Shown piece after piece: positions 54,447 through 63,331 of a stretch of 64,000 bases of DNA. The notes beneath the pieces were generated by a model that did not search any database, was not told the origin of the DNA, and saw only the letters and a program-made list of their open reading frames with translations. Position 1 is the stretch's first letter. Every line of letters starts with the position of its first letter. The stretch covers positions 71,989-135,988 of the IMG/VR virus record IMGVR_UViG_3300037483_001478; one strand, written 5' to 3'. Source of the DNA: a virus. The translations under genes and the position numbers were made by a program.

Positions 54447-54564
54447 CCGTAAGGCTGCTCGTCTACTTGAGAAGCTCAACCAGACGCAGACTTTGTCCAA
54501 ACGGGAAGTGAAGATAGCTCGTGGGCTATCTTCTCCTCAAACGAGCCCGAATGCTCCCCGGTAG
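54388..54564 (+). CDS. Small basic hypothetical protein (overlaps previous ORF)
   Basis: ATG 54388 after a purine-rich tract; 59-nt overlap lowers confidence. Confidence 0.35.
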   Translation: MKAKERKEIQQMLVALSGRSRKAARLLEKLNQTQTLSKREVKIARGLSSPQTSPNAPR

Positions 54565-54937
54565 GGCAAGCGAGTTTCGCGGTGCCGACTTTGCACGACA
54601 GGACAGCCGCTCAGTTGTGACCTTGCATAGACAGCCGTAGCTTCTTGGCTGTCGCCCCACGCGATGATTGAACCCCAAAAATATCCTCTACAACGCTGGC
54701 GCAGGCGGTGCTCGTACGGGTAACCTGCGCCTGGTAATGGTTAGCTCTCGTGAGCATGCGGCGTCACGCCGCATGCTCACCCTCTTGGATTGCGTTAGCC
54801 AGGGTGAAAGATGGCGCAGGCCAGTTTTGAATTTGCAGCCGCAGCGCCGGCGCGTACAATAGCACGATAACCTAGCAATAAAGGCGGGTTTTGGCTCTAA
54901 GCGCTCGAACTACCCCAAAGGGAAAGAGGTATAGGCA

Positions 54938-55444
54938 ATGGTCCAAAGGATTCTGTTAGCGCTCATCTTGTTTGCAGCCTTCCCTGCTCGAGCCGCCGGC
55001 ACAGGAGCGGTCGGTACAGGGGCTAACCTCGAGTACATTGGGAGAAAGCTCGTCAGCGCCACTGTGGCCGACGCGTGCCAGGCCAATGCTCAGGCTTTGG
55101 CCACCTCTGCTTTGGATTGCGCGGCTTTCGAGTTGGATACGCTTCTGTACTCCAAAGTTTGGTTTGTGGTGGAGTTCACCTATGTTGCGGCTACGGAGCT
55201 CCAGGTCTACGTCGACCACGGAGTTGCTCCTTCGCCGCCTTGGGGGAGGATGATTGCTGGAGATGCTTCTAGTCCTCCTGTGGTGGTCTTTGGAGAGCAG
55301 CAAGGCCAGATCCCGACGGGTTCTGCGAGCAACGTGTGGACGATAGGGTTCAACGTCTTCTTCCCCTCCACGCGTTGGCGCTGGACTAGCAGTGGTGGTA
55401 CTACCGACACCATCACCGTTACGGCTTTTGGGATCAGGAGGTAA
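54938..55444 (+). CDS. Signal-peptide beta-sandwich protein
   Basis: MVQRILLALILFAAFPARA-A (A-x-A cleavage); GAGGT RBS. Confidence 0.7.
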   Translation: MVQRILLALILFAAFPARAAGTGAVGTGANLEYIGRKLVSATVADACQANAQALATSALDCAAFELDTLLYSKVWFVVEFTYVAATELQVYVDHGVAPSPPWGRMIAGDASSPPVVVFGEQQGQIPTGSASNVWTIGFNVFFPSTRWRWTSSGGTTDTITVTAFGIRR

Positions 55445-55450
55445 TAAACC

Positions 55451-58400
55451 ATGGGCGCCCTACTCGCGTTTCTCATAGCTACCATGCCGGTAGCCCAAGT
55501 AGCCGAAGGCTCATTCGACAACCCAGTATACGGCGGCGGTGGTGGAGGCAGTAGTTCATCTACCACAGCAACCGAGGTGGGTACGTGCGAAGATGGCGCC
55601 GTTCTGTACAATATCAACGGCATCCAGAGTTGCGGCCTAGGAGCGGATACAGCAGCAGCCGACAAGGAGCTCCAACCAGGGCAGGACGCCTGGGAGTTTG
55701 CTACCACCAACACCACAGGCGGCGACTCAGTACTTTCAGGCGGCCTAGGCACCCATCGCCTAAACGACGTGACAGACGCTAGCTGCGATTCCGGGGTCGA
55801 TACCATTACCTACACTGTGGACGGTACCCCCTATGTGCGGACAGCCGGAACGTCGTGGACTGTTGGGGTGTCGGATGCTGATACATGCGCGAACATCGCA
55901 GCGGATGCAGCCGCGAATGTCCCTGGGCTTGAGGACTCTACGTGTGTGGGCACCGATGTAGGCCTAACCGGCAGTGCCCACACCCTTGATGTACAAAGTA
56001 GCGACAACGCCTGCGCTCAGGAAGTGAATGGGACGGATGGGAGCGTGGTTGTGCGCTCGAAACAGCTAGTAGCCCCTTCGGGGAATTCATCCGGTAACAT
56101 AGGTCTACTTATGGGTCCAGGGTCTACCGCGGGTATTTCACAGACTGCTGACGCGTTGCACTTTTATGCAAGCGGGTCACTAAGAGCTACTCTTGGTTCT
56201 TCTTGGGCTCTAGGGAACAATATTGATCTCACACAATCGGGCTCCTCGGCATACCTCGGAAACCTGACCACAGCGTTGTGCCTCGACAATGGGAACTGCG
56301 CGGCCAGTACCCACGCACTCGGCGCGGGTGATGTACTGGCAGGACAATCATTGGAGGTTGATGGGGACATCTACGCTGACGGAGACATAGTACTGCCCAC
56401 AGGCCAAAGAGTGTACTTAGACGGCGCAGCAAGTGCAAATTACGTCTACAGTGACGGCACAAGTATCTACATGCAATCACCCACTACTTTTCTCCGTGTC
56501 GGGGCCAATGCCATTTTCACGAATTCCAACGTAAGCACAACGTTACAGGGCAACTCAGACAATATCCAACTTACACAGTACACAGCAACAGCAACAACCC
56601 CAGGTGATACAGTAGCCACACTTACTCATCGAGGCTACAACGGAAGCGCGACTAGGGAACTGTTCCAATTGATTACGTATGCCGACGATTCGACACCGGC
56701 AAGCGAAGAATCCCACACTACTTTTAGTGTTTACGAAAATGGTGTTCAGACGGAGTATTTACGATTGGATGGTAGTGATAGTTCTCAGGCGATTCTTGCT
56801 TCAAGGCCAGTCCAATTTGGAAGTGGCGCGTATATTATTGGTGCCAACGGTGAGACGATCGACAACGCGACGGACGGTAAATGGACGTTCACGGGAACTG
56901 GTGGTGCCAACAACGAAGTACTGGTCATAGACCTAGAGACTACGTCGAATACGGCAGCGTTTAGCTCCCCTACAGGTATCTCCCTCTATACGTTTGACCA
57001 GACGTTGTTCGCCTCTGGCAATGTGATTTCAACAGGGTACGTACGCGCGGGACCTGCAGCCAATATTTGGTGGAATACACGCAGTGAAATGCAGTCAAAA
57101 GAGGACGGTCAATGGTCTGTTGAGAACGCGGCTAATACCGCGGGTGCTACTCTGGATATAGATGACTACCCAGATACCTTTGTAGTAAAAGACCAAGCGG
57201 GCACTGGAGACGGTAATCTTGTCACCACAGGGTACACTCAGTTCGGTACAGGGGCTCAGTTGTTGGAGGGAACAACGACATCTTCTGTTATATTGCAACA
57301 GTCCGACAGTCCAACAAATAACGTTTGCCTCAACACAAATGGGGATACCCTTCGTGTGTACACGGGCACATGTTCAACGTTCACACAAGTGCTTATGGGA
57401 AACGGCTATTTCAGCAATGCCACAGGTGGGCTAATAGAACTGTGGCGAGCGGATGGTACACCGAACAATGACGATGTTGTAGGAACTCTCCAGATGAACA
57501 GTTATGACTCAGGCTTAGCGAGTCAGAACTACGCGACCGTATCGGCAAATATTGAGGAAGTAACAGCAGGGGATGAAGACGGGTCTTTGGTATTTTCTGT
57601 CTTCGACAACGGCTCCCTCACGGAGTACCTGCGTCTTGATGCCACGGATGGAGTTGAATCGATCGTTGCGAGTAAGCCTATAGCACTACTTCAGGGCGAC
57701 GCTATTGTCTTCGATAGGGATTTCGAGAGTAACGATTTCATCCACGCAAGTGCGAACAACATCATCACACTGAGAACAAACGGGACCATAACGTACCAGA
57801 CTTCCGCAACCCAACTCTGGGTTCGCCAGGACCTGCAAATAGAAGACTCAAAGGCTATCAGGGGAGAGGCCGCCAAGATCAACATTGGCGGTACTGCTGC
57901 GAGTACCCATGCGTTGGGGGATGACGATCTTCATATCAATACCAACACCGAAGTAGATGGGTTCCTCTACACAGACGACCAGGTATTAGCGCAGGATGGG
58001 ACTGCGGCACTGCCTTCGTATTCGTTTTCTAGCGACCCGAATACCGGTATGTTCAGCGTTGCCGCAGACAATTTACGATTTGTGGCCGGTGGTACCTATA
58101 AGATGGGGGTCAATACTGCTGGTCCCTACATGGGCGCAAATGTAAACATGCAAGCGTTTGCGCTACAAGGCGCGACTCAGATAGTTACCAACTACACAGA
58201 GGCGTCTAGCCCTGTTGCGCTGAACCAGTTCTCCAGTGGAAGCAACTTCACTAATACTGGGGCGACGGCAGAGGTTGAATTTCAGCCAGCCGGCGCCAAC
58301 CCCGTAGGGACGTGGTTTGACTTCTCGGTAATTGATACAGACGGCATTCAGGTGACGGCTGCGGCGGGGGAGACTATACAGATCGGCGCTTTGGGAGGCG

Positions 58401-58516
58401 CTGGGGCCTGCATTGCCAGCACGGAGATTGGGGCGACAGCACATTGTGTGGCAGTGACTGCGACTCAAATCTTTTGCACCATTGAGGGTACCTGGACAGT
58501 GGACGTGGGGTGCTGA
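55451..58516 (+). CDS. 1021-aa tail-fibre/adhesin-like protein with N-terminal hydrophobic leader and internal repeats
   Basis: AGGAGG RBS; Thr/Gly/Ser/Asp-rich; fibre-type motif DGTAALPSYSFSSDPNTGMF; duplicated ASTHALG and TEYLRLD blocks. Confidence 0.7.
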   Translation: MGALLAFLIATMPVAQVAEGSFDNPVYGGGGGGSSSSTTATEVGTCEDGAVLYNINGIQSCGLGADTAAADKELQPGQDAWEFATTNTTGGDSVLSGGLGTHRLNDVTDASCDSGVDTITYTVDGTPYVRTAGTSWTVGVSDADTCANIAADAAANVPGLEDSTCVGTDVGLTGSAHTLDVQSSDNACAQEVNGTDGSVVVRSKQLVAPSGNSSGNIGLLMGPGSTAGISQTADALHFYASGSLRATLGSSWALGNNIDLTQSGSSAYLGNLTTALCLDNGNCAASTHALGAGDVLAGQSLEVDGDIYADGDIVLPTGQRVYLDGAASANYVYSDGTSIYMQSPTTFLRVGANAIFTNSNVSTTLQGNSDNIQLTQYTATATTPGDTVATLTHRGYNGSATRELFQLITYADDSTPASEESHTTFSVYENGVQTEYLRLDGSDSSQAILASRPVQFGSGAYIIGANGETIDNATDGKWTFTGTGGANNEVLVIDLETTSNTAAFSSPTGISLYTFDQTLFASGNVISTGYVRAGPAANIWWNTRSEMQSKEDGQWSVENAANTAGATLDIDDYPDTFVVKDQAGTGDGNLVTTGYTQFGTGAQLLEGTTTSSVILQQSDSPTNNVCLNTNGDTLRVYTGTCSTFTQVLMGNGYFSNATGGLIELWRADGTPNNDDVVGTLQMNSYDSGLASQNYATVSANIEEVTAGDEDGSLVFSVFDNGSLTEYLRLDATDGVESIVASKPIALLQGDAIVFDRDFESNDFIHASANNIITLRTNGTITYQTSATQLWVRQDLQIEDSKAIRGEAAKINIGGTAASTHALGDDDLHINTNTEVDGFLYTDDQVLAQDGTAALPSYSFSSDPNTGMFSVAADNLRFVAGGTYKMGVNTAGPYMGANVNMQAFALQGATQIVTNYTEASSPVALNQFSSGSNFTNTGATAEVEFQPAGANPVGTWFDFSVIDTDGIQVTAAAGETIQIGALGGAGACIASTEIGATAHCVAVTATQIFCTIEGTWTVDVGC

Positions 58517-58518
58517 GC

Positions 58519-59784
58519 ATGAACAAAACACTACGAATCATAGGTTGGCTGACCATCTGCGCCGCCCTGGCCGCCCCTACTGTGTACGGAGAATGGCAGC
58601 AAGGCCAAGCCATGCGACTCATCGACCACAATGGTCGAGAGGCACTGAACACGACGTTCGGTGACCGCATAATGACACTGCGCCATCCCGAGATCGAGGT
58701 GCAGTTCCAGTATAACATTGCTACATACGACGCCACCATCACCAATGTGGGTAGCGGGTCTGCGACACAATCCAACGCGTCTGCCGTATTGGCTACGACT
58801 ACAGCGGCGGGTAGCAGTCTCGTTGAGAGCAATCGAACGATACGCTACGCCCCAGGGTACGAAGGTATTGTTTTGTTCACAGCCGCATTCACTTCGACGG
58901 TACCCGCCGATGGGTATAGTCGTATCGGCCTGGGCAACGCTGGTAACGGTTTCTACGTGGAGCGCACATCCACGGGTTGGGGGGTGTGTCGCCGACATGC
59001 GACTACCGATTCCTGCGTCGATATTGCGTCGGCAGACCCTGGCCTACCTGAAGGATGTTCAGTTTCTATCGAGAATCTGAACCTCTTTCGTGTTTCGTAC
59101 GGATGGCTTGGTATAGCACCCATATCGTACGCTGTGTGGTGTGGTGGTACGGTAGGTTGGGGGACATTCCACGTCATTGACCTTCACGGCGCACAGGCCG
59201 GCCCTCATACCACAAATCCTGTTCTACCGATGTTCGCAGAGGTCAGTAATGGTGCTACAGAATCAGTTGTGACCCTCCAGACTAGTTCGTGGAGCGCGTC
59301 TATCGCTGATGGGGCTGGCGCAACTGTCAATCATTGTCCGATTGGGAGCCGGTCGTTTTCCCACACGGATACCATTACAGCCAGTACCACAGAGAACAGT
59401 GTCTTCGGCCTATTGAACCAAACCACCTTTCAATCGATTGATAACCAAGTCACGTGGAGACTACTGTCTATCGGAGGCATCAAAGACGGCACGTCGGGGC
59501 TGTTTTGGCAGATCCATCGGAATGCGACCGTGACAAGTGCTAGCTACACGACAGATGTGGATGCGGTAAACAGTACTGCTGCTGCCGATACGGCGGGTAC
59601 CACATTCGCAACCCAAGGGATTGTTGAACTAGGAGGGGGTCTTAGTGGCAATTCTGGGGACTTTAGTGACATATCCTCACAAGACATACGCGTACGGCCA
59701 GGGGAGAATGTCGACATAGGACTGACAACCTCGGCGGGTACAGGGGTATCCACAATCACCTTGCGGTGGTGTGAGCTATTCTAA
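58519..59784 (+). CDS. Signal-peptide lectin/ConA-like protein
   Basis: MNKTLRIIGWLTICAALAAPTVYG leader; RYAPG...FTAAF...RIGL...NGF...YGWLG motif series seen in phage lectin-like structural proteins. Confidence 0.65.
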   Translation: MNKTLRIIGWLTICAALAAPTVYGEWQQGQAMRLIDHNGREALNTTFGDRIMTLRHPEIEVQFQYNIATYDATITNVGSGSATQSNASAVLATTTAAGSSLVESNRTIRYAPGYEGIVLFTAAFTSTVPADGYSRIGLGNAGNGFYVERTSTGWGVCRRHATTDSCVDIASADPGLPEGCSVSIENLNLFRVSYGWLGIAPISYAVWCGGTVGWGTFHVIDLHGAQAGPHTTNPVLPMFAEVSNGATESVVTLQTSSWSASIADGAGATVNHCPIGSRSFSHTDTITASTTENSVFGLLNQTTFQSIDNQVTWRLLSIGGIKDGTSGLFWQIHRNATVTSASYTTDVDAVNSTAAADTAGTTFATQGIVELGGGLSGNSGDFSDISSQDIRVRPGENVDIGLTTSAGTGVSTITLRWCELF

Positions 59785-59815
59785 GATCGCTGTTCAGCAC
59801 AAAAAGGAGATGTTG

Positions 59816-60454
59816 ATGAAGAGGTTTTGTAAAGCAGTATTGGCACTATCTTTGATTGTTGTGTGCGCCCGCGACGCTCGCGCTGCCCCTGGAGACCCGC
59901 TCATCCCAACAGATCGTGGAGAAGTCCAGTTGACTGGACCACAAGCCACACAGGTTGGCGCTCTGGTGACGACTCTGTTCCCGGATGTACCTCTGGCCAA
60001 CATTCAGCGGTTCCTTTGCTGGCCTGTGGGCCCCATGGCTCCTGTGGAGGTCGATGGACAACAAGTGGAGAACGGCGACATGAACTGCCGGGTGGAGGAC
60101 AACCGGCGCGTGACTGCCGCCCAGCTGGTAACCGCTCTAGCCGCGGGAAAGAAGGTCAGCAAAACCGATGTGACCCCTGTAGATGGACAGCCCGGGCAGT
60201 ACGACGTACTTGTACGTAGTCAGCCGGCCGCTCTATCTGTGGCGCAAAGGAACGGGGTCCTGAACGCAGGTACTGCGTGGCTATCCGTAGCCACAGGCAC
60301 CAACCTACTCCTGTTTGACGTATACCGGGTGGATGACGGAGAGGGTGGTACGGATATCATGGCGCGCGCTACGGAGAAGGTGCCTCAGTCCGCGGACTCA
60401 TGGATCTTGAATTGGCTGGCAGACCTCGCACAGGGTATCGTTGGGGTCGAGTGA
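59816..60454 (+). CDS. Signal-peptide hypothetical protein
   Basis: AAGGAG RBS; MKRFCKAVLALSLIVVCARDARA-A. Confidence 0.7.
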   Translation: MKRFCKAVLALSLIVVCARDARAAPGDPLIPTDRGEVQLTGPQATQVGALVTTLFPDVPLANIQRFLCWPVGPMAPVEVDGQQVENGDMNCRVEDNRRVTAAQLVTALAAGKKVSKTDVTPVDGQPGQYDVLVRSQPAALSVAQRNGVLNAGTAWLSVATGTNLLLFDVYRVDDGEGGTDIMARATEKVPQSADSWILNWLADLAQGIVGVE

Positions 60455-60897
60455 TGAAACAGATAACCACTGCAGGTCTTCTAGGAGCCCTGGCCGGGGC
60501 CACCCTTACTGGGGTCGTCCTTCAACCCTCGGAGGCCCCCGTCGTGGCTCCTCAAGAAGCCCGCACGTTCGAGATATCCGACACATGGGCAGGGTCCCCT
60601 GTAGCCGTAGGTTGGCCTCTAGAGTGGAGTACAGGGGCCTGTACTCGAGAAAGCAAGGTACTCGACGGCAAGCCTGGCCTGGTTTGTGATGCTTGTGCAC
60701 CCGACGGCTCGTGCAAGAAGTACACAAGACCTTTGTCGGTGCTGGCGGTCAGCCAGCCATTCAACAAGGCCACATGCATGCTCAAACCTGGGCTGGTGGA
60801 TGGAGCGGCTGGTAAAGTTCTCCAGTGCACCTTATTCAAGAAGACCTCCCTGACCTCCTTGAAAGACCTACCCACCGGTGTGGTGATAGTCCATTGA
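60454..60897 (+). CDS. Signal-peptide/anchor, Cys-rich hypothetical protein
   Basis: TGATG overlap; MKQITTAGLLGALAGATLTGVVL; six Cys. Confidence 0.65.
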   Translation: MKQITTAGLLGALAGATLTGVVLQPSEAPVVAPQEARTFEISDTWAGSPVAVGWPLEWSTGACTRESKVLDGKPGLVCDACAPDGSCKKYTRPLSVLAVSQPFNKATCMLKPGLVDGAAGKVLQCTLFKKTSLTSLKDLPTGVVIVH

Positions 60898-61047
60898 CTG
60901 AGGCCGACTAAGCTCGTAGAGGGCAAACCCCGTAAATACAGCTTTTCTGATATCTCCTCGGTAAAAGCTGTCAATCTGAGCATTTGCCACTGAGGCAACT
61001 TGGTGGTTTTTCTGAGCCTACCTCGAGTAGGTGGCTTTGGTATAGTT

Positions 61048-61419
61048 ATGCCTGGTAAAGTAGTTCATTTGTCAGATAGCGTTCACCGAGAGCTACAAGC
61101 CTACTGCGAGCAAAAAAGTACGTCTATGCGTACGGTAGTGACTCAGTTGGTGCAAGCCCATCTTAGAAACGAAGCAGAGGAGGCCCGCAAACGCAAAACT
61201 GCGGTGGTAGCTCGAAAGCAGCTAATAGAGTTGCCCCAAGAGGAGGAAGAGAGCTATAAGCCTTGGGAAAGACCCGCCTTTTATGAGAGGCCTGGAGGAA
61301 ATTATGAAGAGCAAGATCGCTATCAAGGCAAAGGACCCTCTGGTGGGTCTAGAACAGGTTCGGGCGGGTCTGGTGGAGAAGCAGACCCGCCTTGCAGAGA
61401 TAATCCACAAAGTGGATGA
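61048..61419 (+). CDS. Putative ribbon-helix-helix DNA-binding protein
   Basis: KVVHLSDSVHRELQAYC...SMRTVVTQLV pattern; 3' part overlaps the next ORF. Confidence 0.5.
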   Translation: MPGKVVHLSDSVHRELQAYCEQKSTSMRTVVTQLVQAHLRNEAEEARKRKTAVVARKQLIELPQEEEESYKPWERPAFYERPGGNYEEQDRYQGKGPSGGSRTGSGGSGGEADPPCRDNPQSG

Positions 61420-61633
61420 GCTCATCAGCGGCATCAAGGATGTTGGGGATGTCGAGGCGTCGGTTCTTTCTTCTGTGCAAGCAAAAGGCCAAAAGAAACG
61501 TATGAAAGGTCAGCGAGCCTGGACTGACGACCAGCGAAGAGAAGCCGCTATACGCATGAAGAAGTTTTGGCGAGACCGCAAAGGCGCGTCTTCAGGGAGT
61601 CAGGAACGTTCAGAGAACACCGCTGCGGCCTGA
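61304..61633 (+). CDS. Coiled-coil protein with basic C-terminal DNA-binding-like tail
   Basis: GGAGG RBS; KKRMKGQRAWTDDQRREAAIRMKKFW. Confidence 0.6.
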   Translation: MKSKIAIKAKDPLVGLEQVRAGLVEKQTRLAEIIHKVDELISGIKDVGDVEASVLSSVQAKGQKKRMKGQRAWTDDQRREAAIRMKKFWRDRKGASSGSQERSENTAAA

Positions 61634-61735
61634 GCGACAACGAACTATAGGTGGGGAGAAGGGGGCTTGGTGCTACTAGGTGGTACCAAGCCCTTTTCTT
61701 TTGGGGCGCAACTCACGTTTAACAGGGGACTAGCT

Positions 61736-62122
61736 ATGACCAGTGAAGAGATCATAGAGCAGGGACTCAATGCTCTGGGAGAGGAGGCAGAAGAGACTCG
61801 CGCGGCTTTAGAGTCTTTGCGCATTGACCCAAACAGCGAAGCAGGCCTGCAGCTTTCTAGATTTTGGGCCAAACTGACTGCGGTATCGGAATCCATCGAG
61901 TCTGCTACAGCGGCTATGGCCTCGGACCTTGAAAGGGAAGAGGATGCGGCGGAAGAGCTCAAAGAGGATTACGAGGGCCGCCAGGAGCTTTTGAAGGCCG
62001 TGATGTCTCTGCTCGACTACCTAGACCGTAATTCTGATTGGCGAGAGGCGCTTGGCCTCAAAGACGGGTATGATGGTCTTTTACTCCACCGGCTGGAGGA
62101 AGAGCTTCGAGGGGTCGCATGA
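61736..62122 (+). CDS. Acidic coiled-coil hypothetical protein
   Basis: AGGGG RBS before ATG 61736. Confidence 0.6.
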   Translation: MTSEEIIEQGLNALGEEAEETRAALESLRIDPNSEAGLQLSRFWAKLTAVSESIESATAAMASDLEREEDAAEELKEDYEGRQELLKAVMSLLDYLDRNSDWREALGLKDGYDGLLLHRLEEELRGVA

Positions 62123-62610
62123 ACTTTCTACTCGCGCTGTCCGTGCTCTGGCAATTGCCCGCCATCCTTGTGGTGTGGCTTTTCTACATCCTTCCTTTCT
62201 GGGCCTTGGGCTACATAGCCTTTCGGGGCTCAATGCCCCTCAAGAGCACTGGGGCAAAGTGGACGGCCTGGTTCGAAGTAGTGTTGGGCGGGTCATGGTA
62301 TGGGAGCGCTTGGCGCAGTTGGTGGGGTTGGGCGGGCCCTTTGGTGGTCATTACGGCCCCTGACCTACCCCACCCAGCTCTACAGCGCACTTTGAAGCAC
62401 GAGATGAGACACGTACAGCAGAACATGGTGTGCGGTACTTTGTTCTACCCTATTTACGGCCTCGTGGCTCTCTTCATCTACATGTTCCAGAAGGAGAAGC
62501 ACTCCTACTTGGACCATCCTTTGGAGAAGGACGCGCGCAGGGCTGCAGGGCAGTTTGTGGAGATCCCTAACAATCTGCGCGTCCAATTAGACCGCTGGCC
62601 GTGGTGGTGA
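62119..62610 (+). CDS. Membrane protein with HExxH motif (putative zinc peptidase)
   Basis: ATGA overlap; hydrophobic N-terminus; LKHEMRHVQQ; HPLEKDAR. Confidence 0.65.
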   Translation: MNFLLALSVLWQLPAILVVWLFYILPFWALGYIAFRGSMPLKSTGAKWTAWFEVVLGGSWYGSAWRSWWGWAGPLVVITAPDLPHPALQRTLKHEMRHVQQNMVCGTLFYPIYGLVALFIYMFQKEKHSYLDHPLEKDARRAAGQFVEIPNNLRVQLDRWPWW

Positions 62611-62648
62611 ATGTGTGGTGAAGCGGTCGTTTGAGGTATAGTAAAATG

Positions 62649-62750
62649 GTACGTGGGTCACAGCGCATCGGGAAGCCGAGCTCTTAGGAGTGTGCTGCCA
62701 CGTCGGTCTCCGGTTGGTCCCCGCAGGTAACGTGCCTGCGGGGACTACCC
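62649..62750 (+). ncRNA. Candidate structured non-coding RNA
   Basis: Nested stems ACGTGG/CCACGT and CAGCGC/GTGCTG enclosing two hairpins, then an 11-bp hairpin GTCCCCGCAGG/CCTGCGGGGAC; TATAGT -10-like element at 62637-62642. Confidence 0.4.
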
Positions 62751-62779
62751 ATAGGAATCATTTTTGTTAGCTTGAGTGC

Positions 62780-62992
62780 ATGGAACCTGACGCAATCCGC
62801 CGCCATCTTCGTTACACCTACCGCCCTATTTGCTCTACCGACCCTGTGACAGGGGCGGTGGTCCATCGATTTGACAATGTGGAGAGGCGTTGCCGTTGCG
62901 GGCTGCTCGAGGTCGTAGACCCTCAAAGGCGGGCAGGGCGCCCTCGTAAAATACCTAAGCTAAAAGAGGAGTCTGAAATGGGGTCAGGCTAG
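62780..62992 (+). CDS. Small hypothetical protein (Cys/His motifs, GRPRK AT-hook-like motif)
   Basis: 70 aa; C..D...H...CRCG; RRAGRPRK. Confidence 0.5.
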   Translation: MEPDAIRRHLRYTYRPICSTDPVTGAVVHRFDNVERRCRCGLLEVVDPQRRAGRPRKIPKLKEESEMGSG

Positions 62993-63042
62993 TCACCCCA
63001 TTTGCTGGAGCGACTAGCCTGACATTGGGTTGTGGTCTGGGT

Positions 63043-63285
63043 TCAGCATGCGAGGGCGAGCTCCTCTAGCGTGTTTCCAGCGTAGAGGGCGTCGCCCAAG
63101 CGCACGCGAGCGCGCCATGGGGTGTTCTCCATCACGGTCAAGGCCCGCAACAGAACAACGGTGAAATCGTCATCTCGAAGCCACACTTCCCAGGCGGTGC
63201 GGCCTCCTTCTTTCTTCAGCACTTCCAATGCCCACACGATAGACCTCCAGGTGACTAGCCACCTTTTAGTATACGGGTCTTTCAC
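63043..63285 (-). CDS. Hypothetical protein
   Basis: 80 aa, convergent with 62780-62992. Confidence 0.5.
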   Translation of the reverse strand: MKDPYTKRWLVTWRSIVWALEVLKKEGGRTAWEVWLRDDDFTVVLLRALTVMENTPWRARVRLGDALYAGNTLEELALAC

Positions 63286-63331
63286 GTTTTGTAAAGTGCT
63301 GATCTCTGGGGACTTTTGTGACAGATGCTCG

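Noticed and set aside
54668-54862. 64-aa ORF in the hairpin-rich gap
   Set aside because: TTG start without RBS, and the sequence is dominated by inverted repeats; more likely non-coding.
60921-60971. GGGCAAACC resembling a c-di-GMP-I riboswitch start, plus 9-bp inverted repeat ACAGCTTTT/AAAAGCTGT
   Set aside because: The downstream GACGCAAA/P2 core is absent; the short repeat alone is insufficient evidence for an operator.
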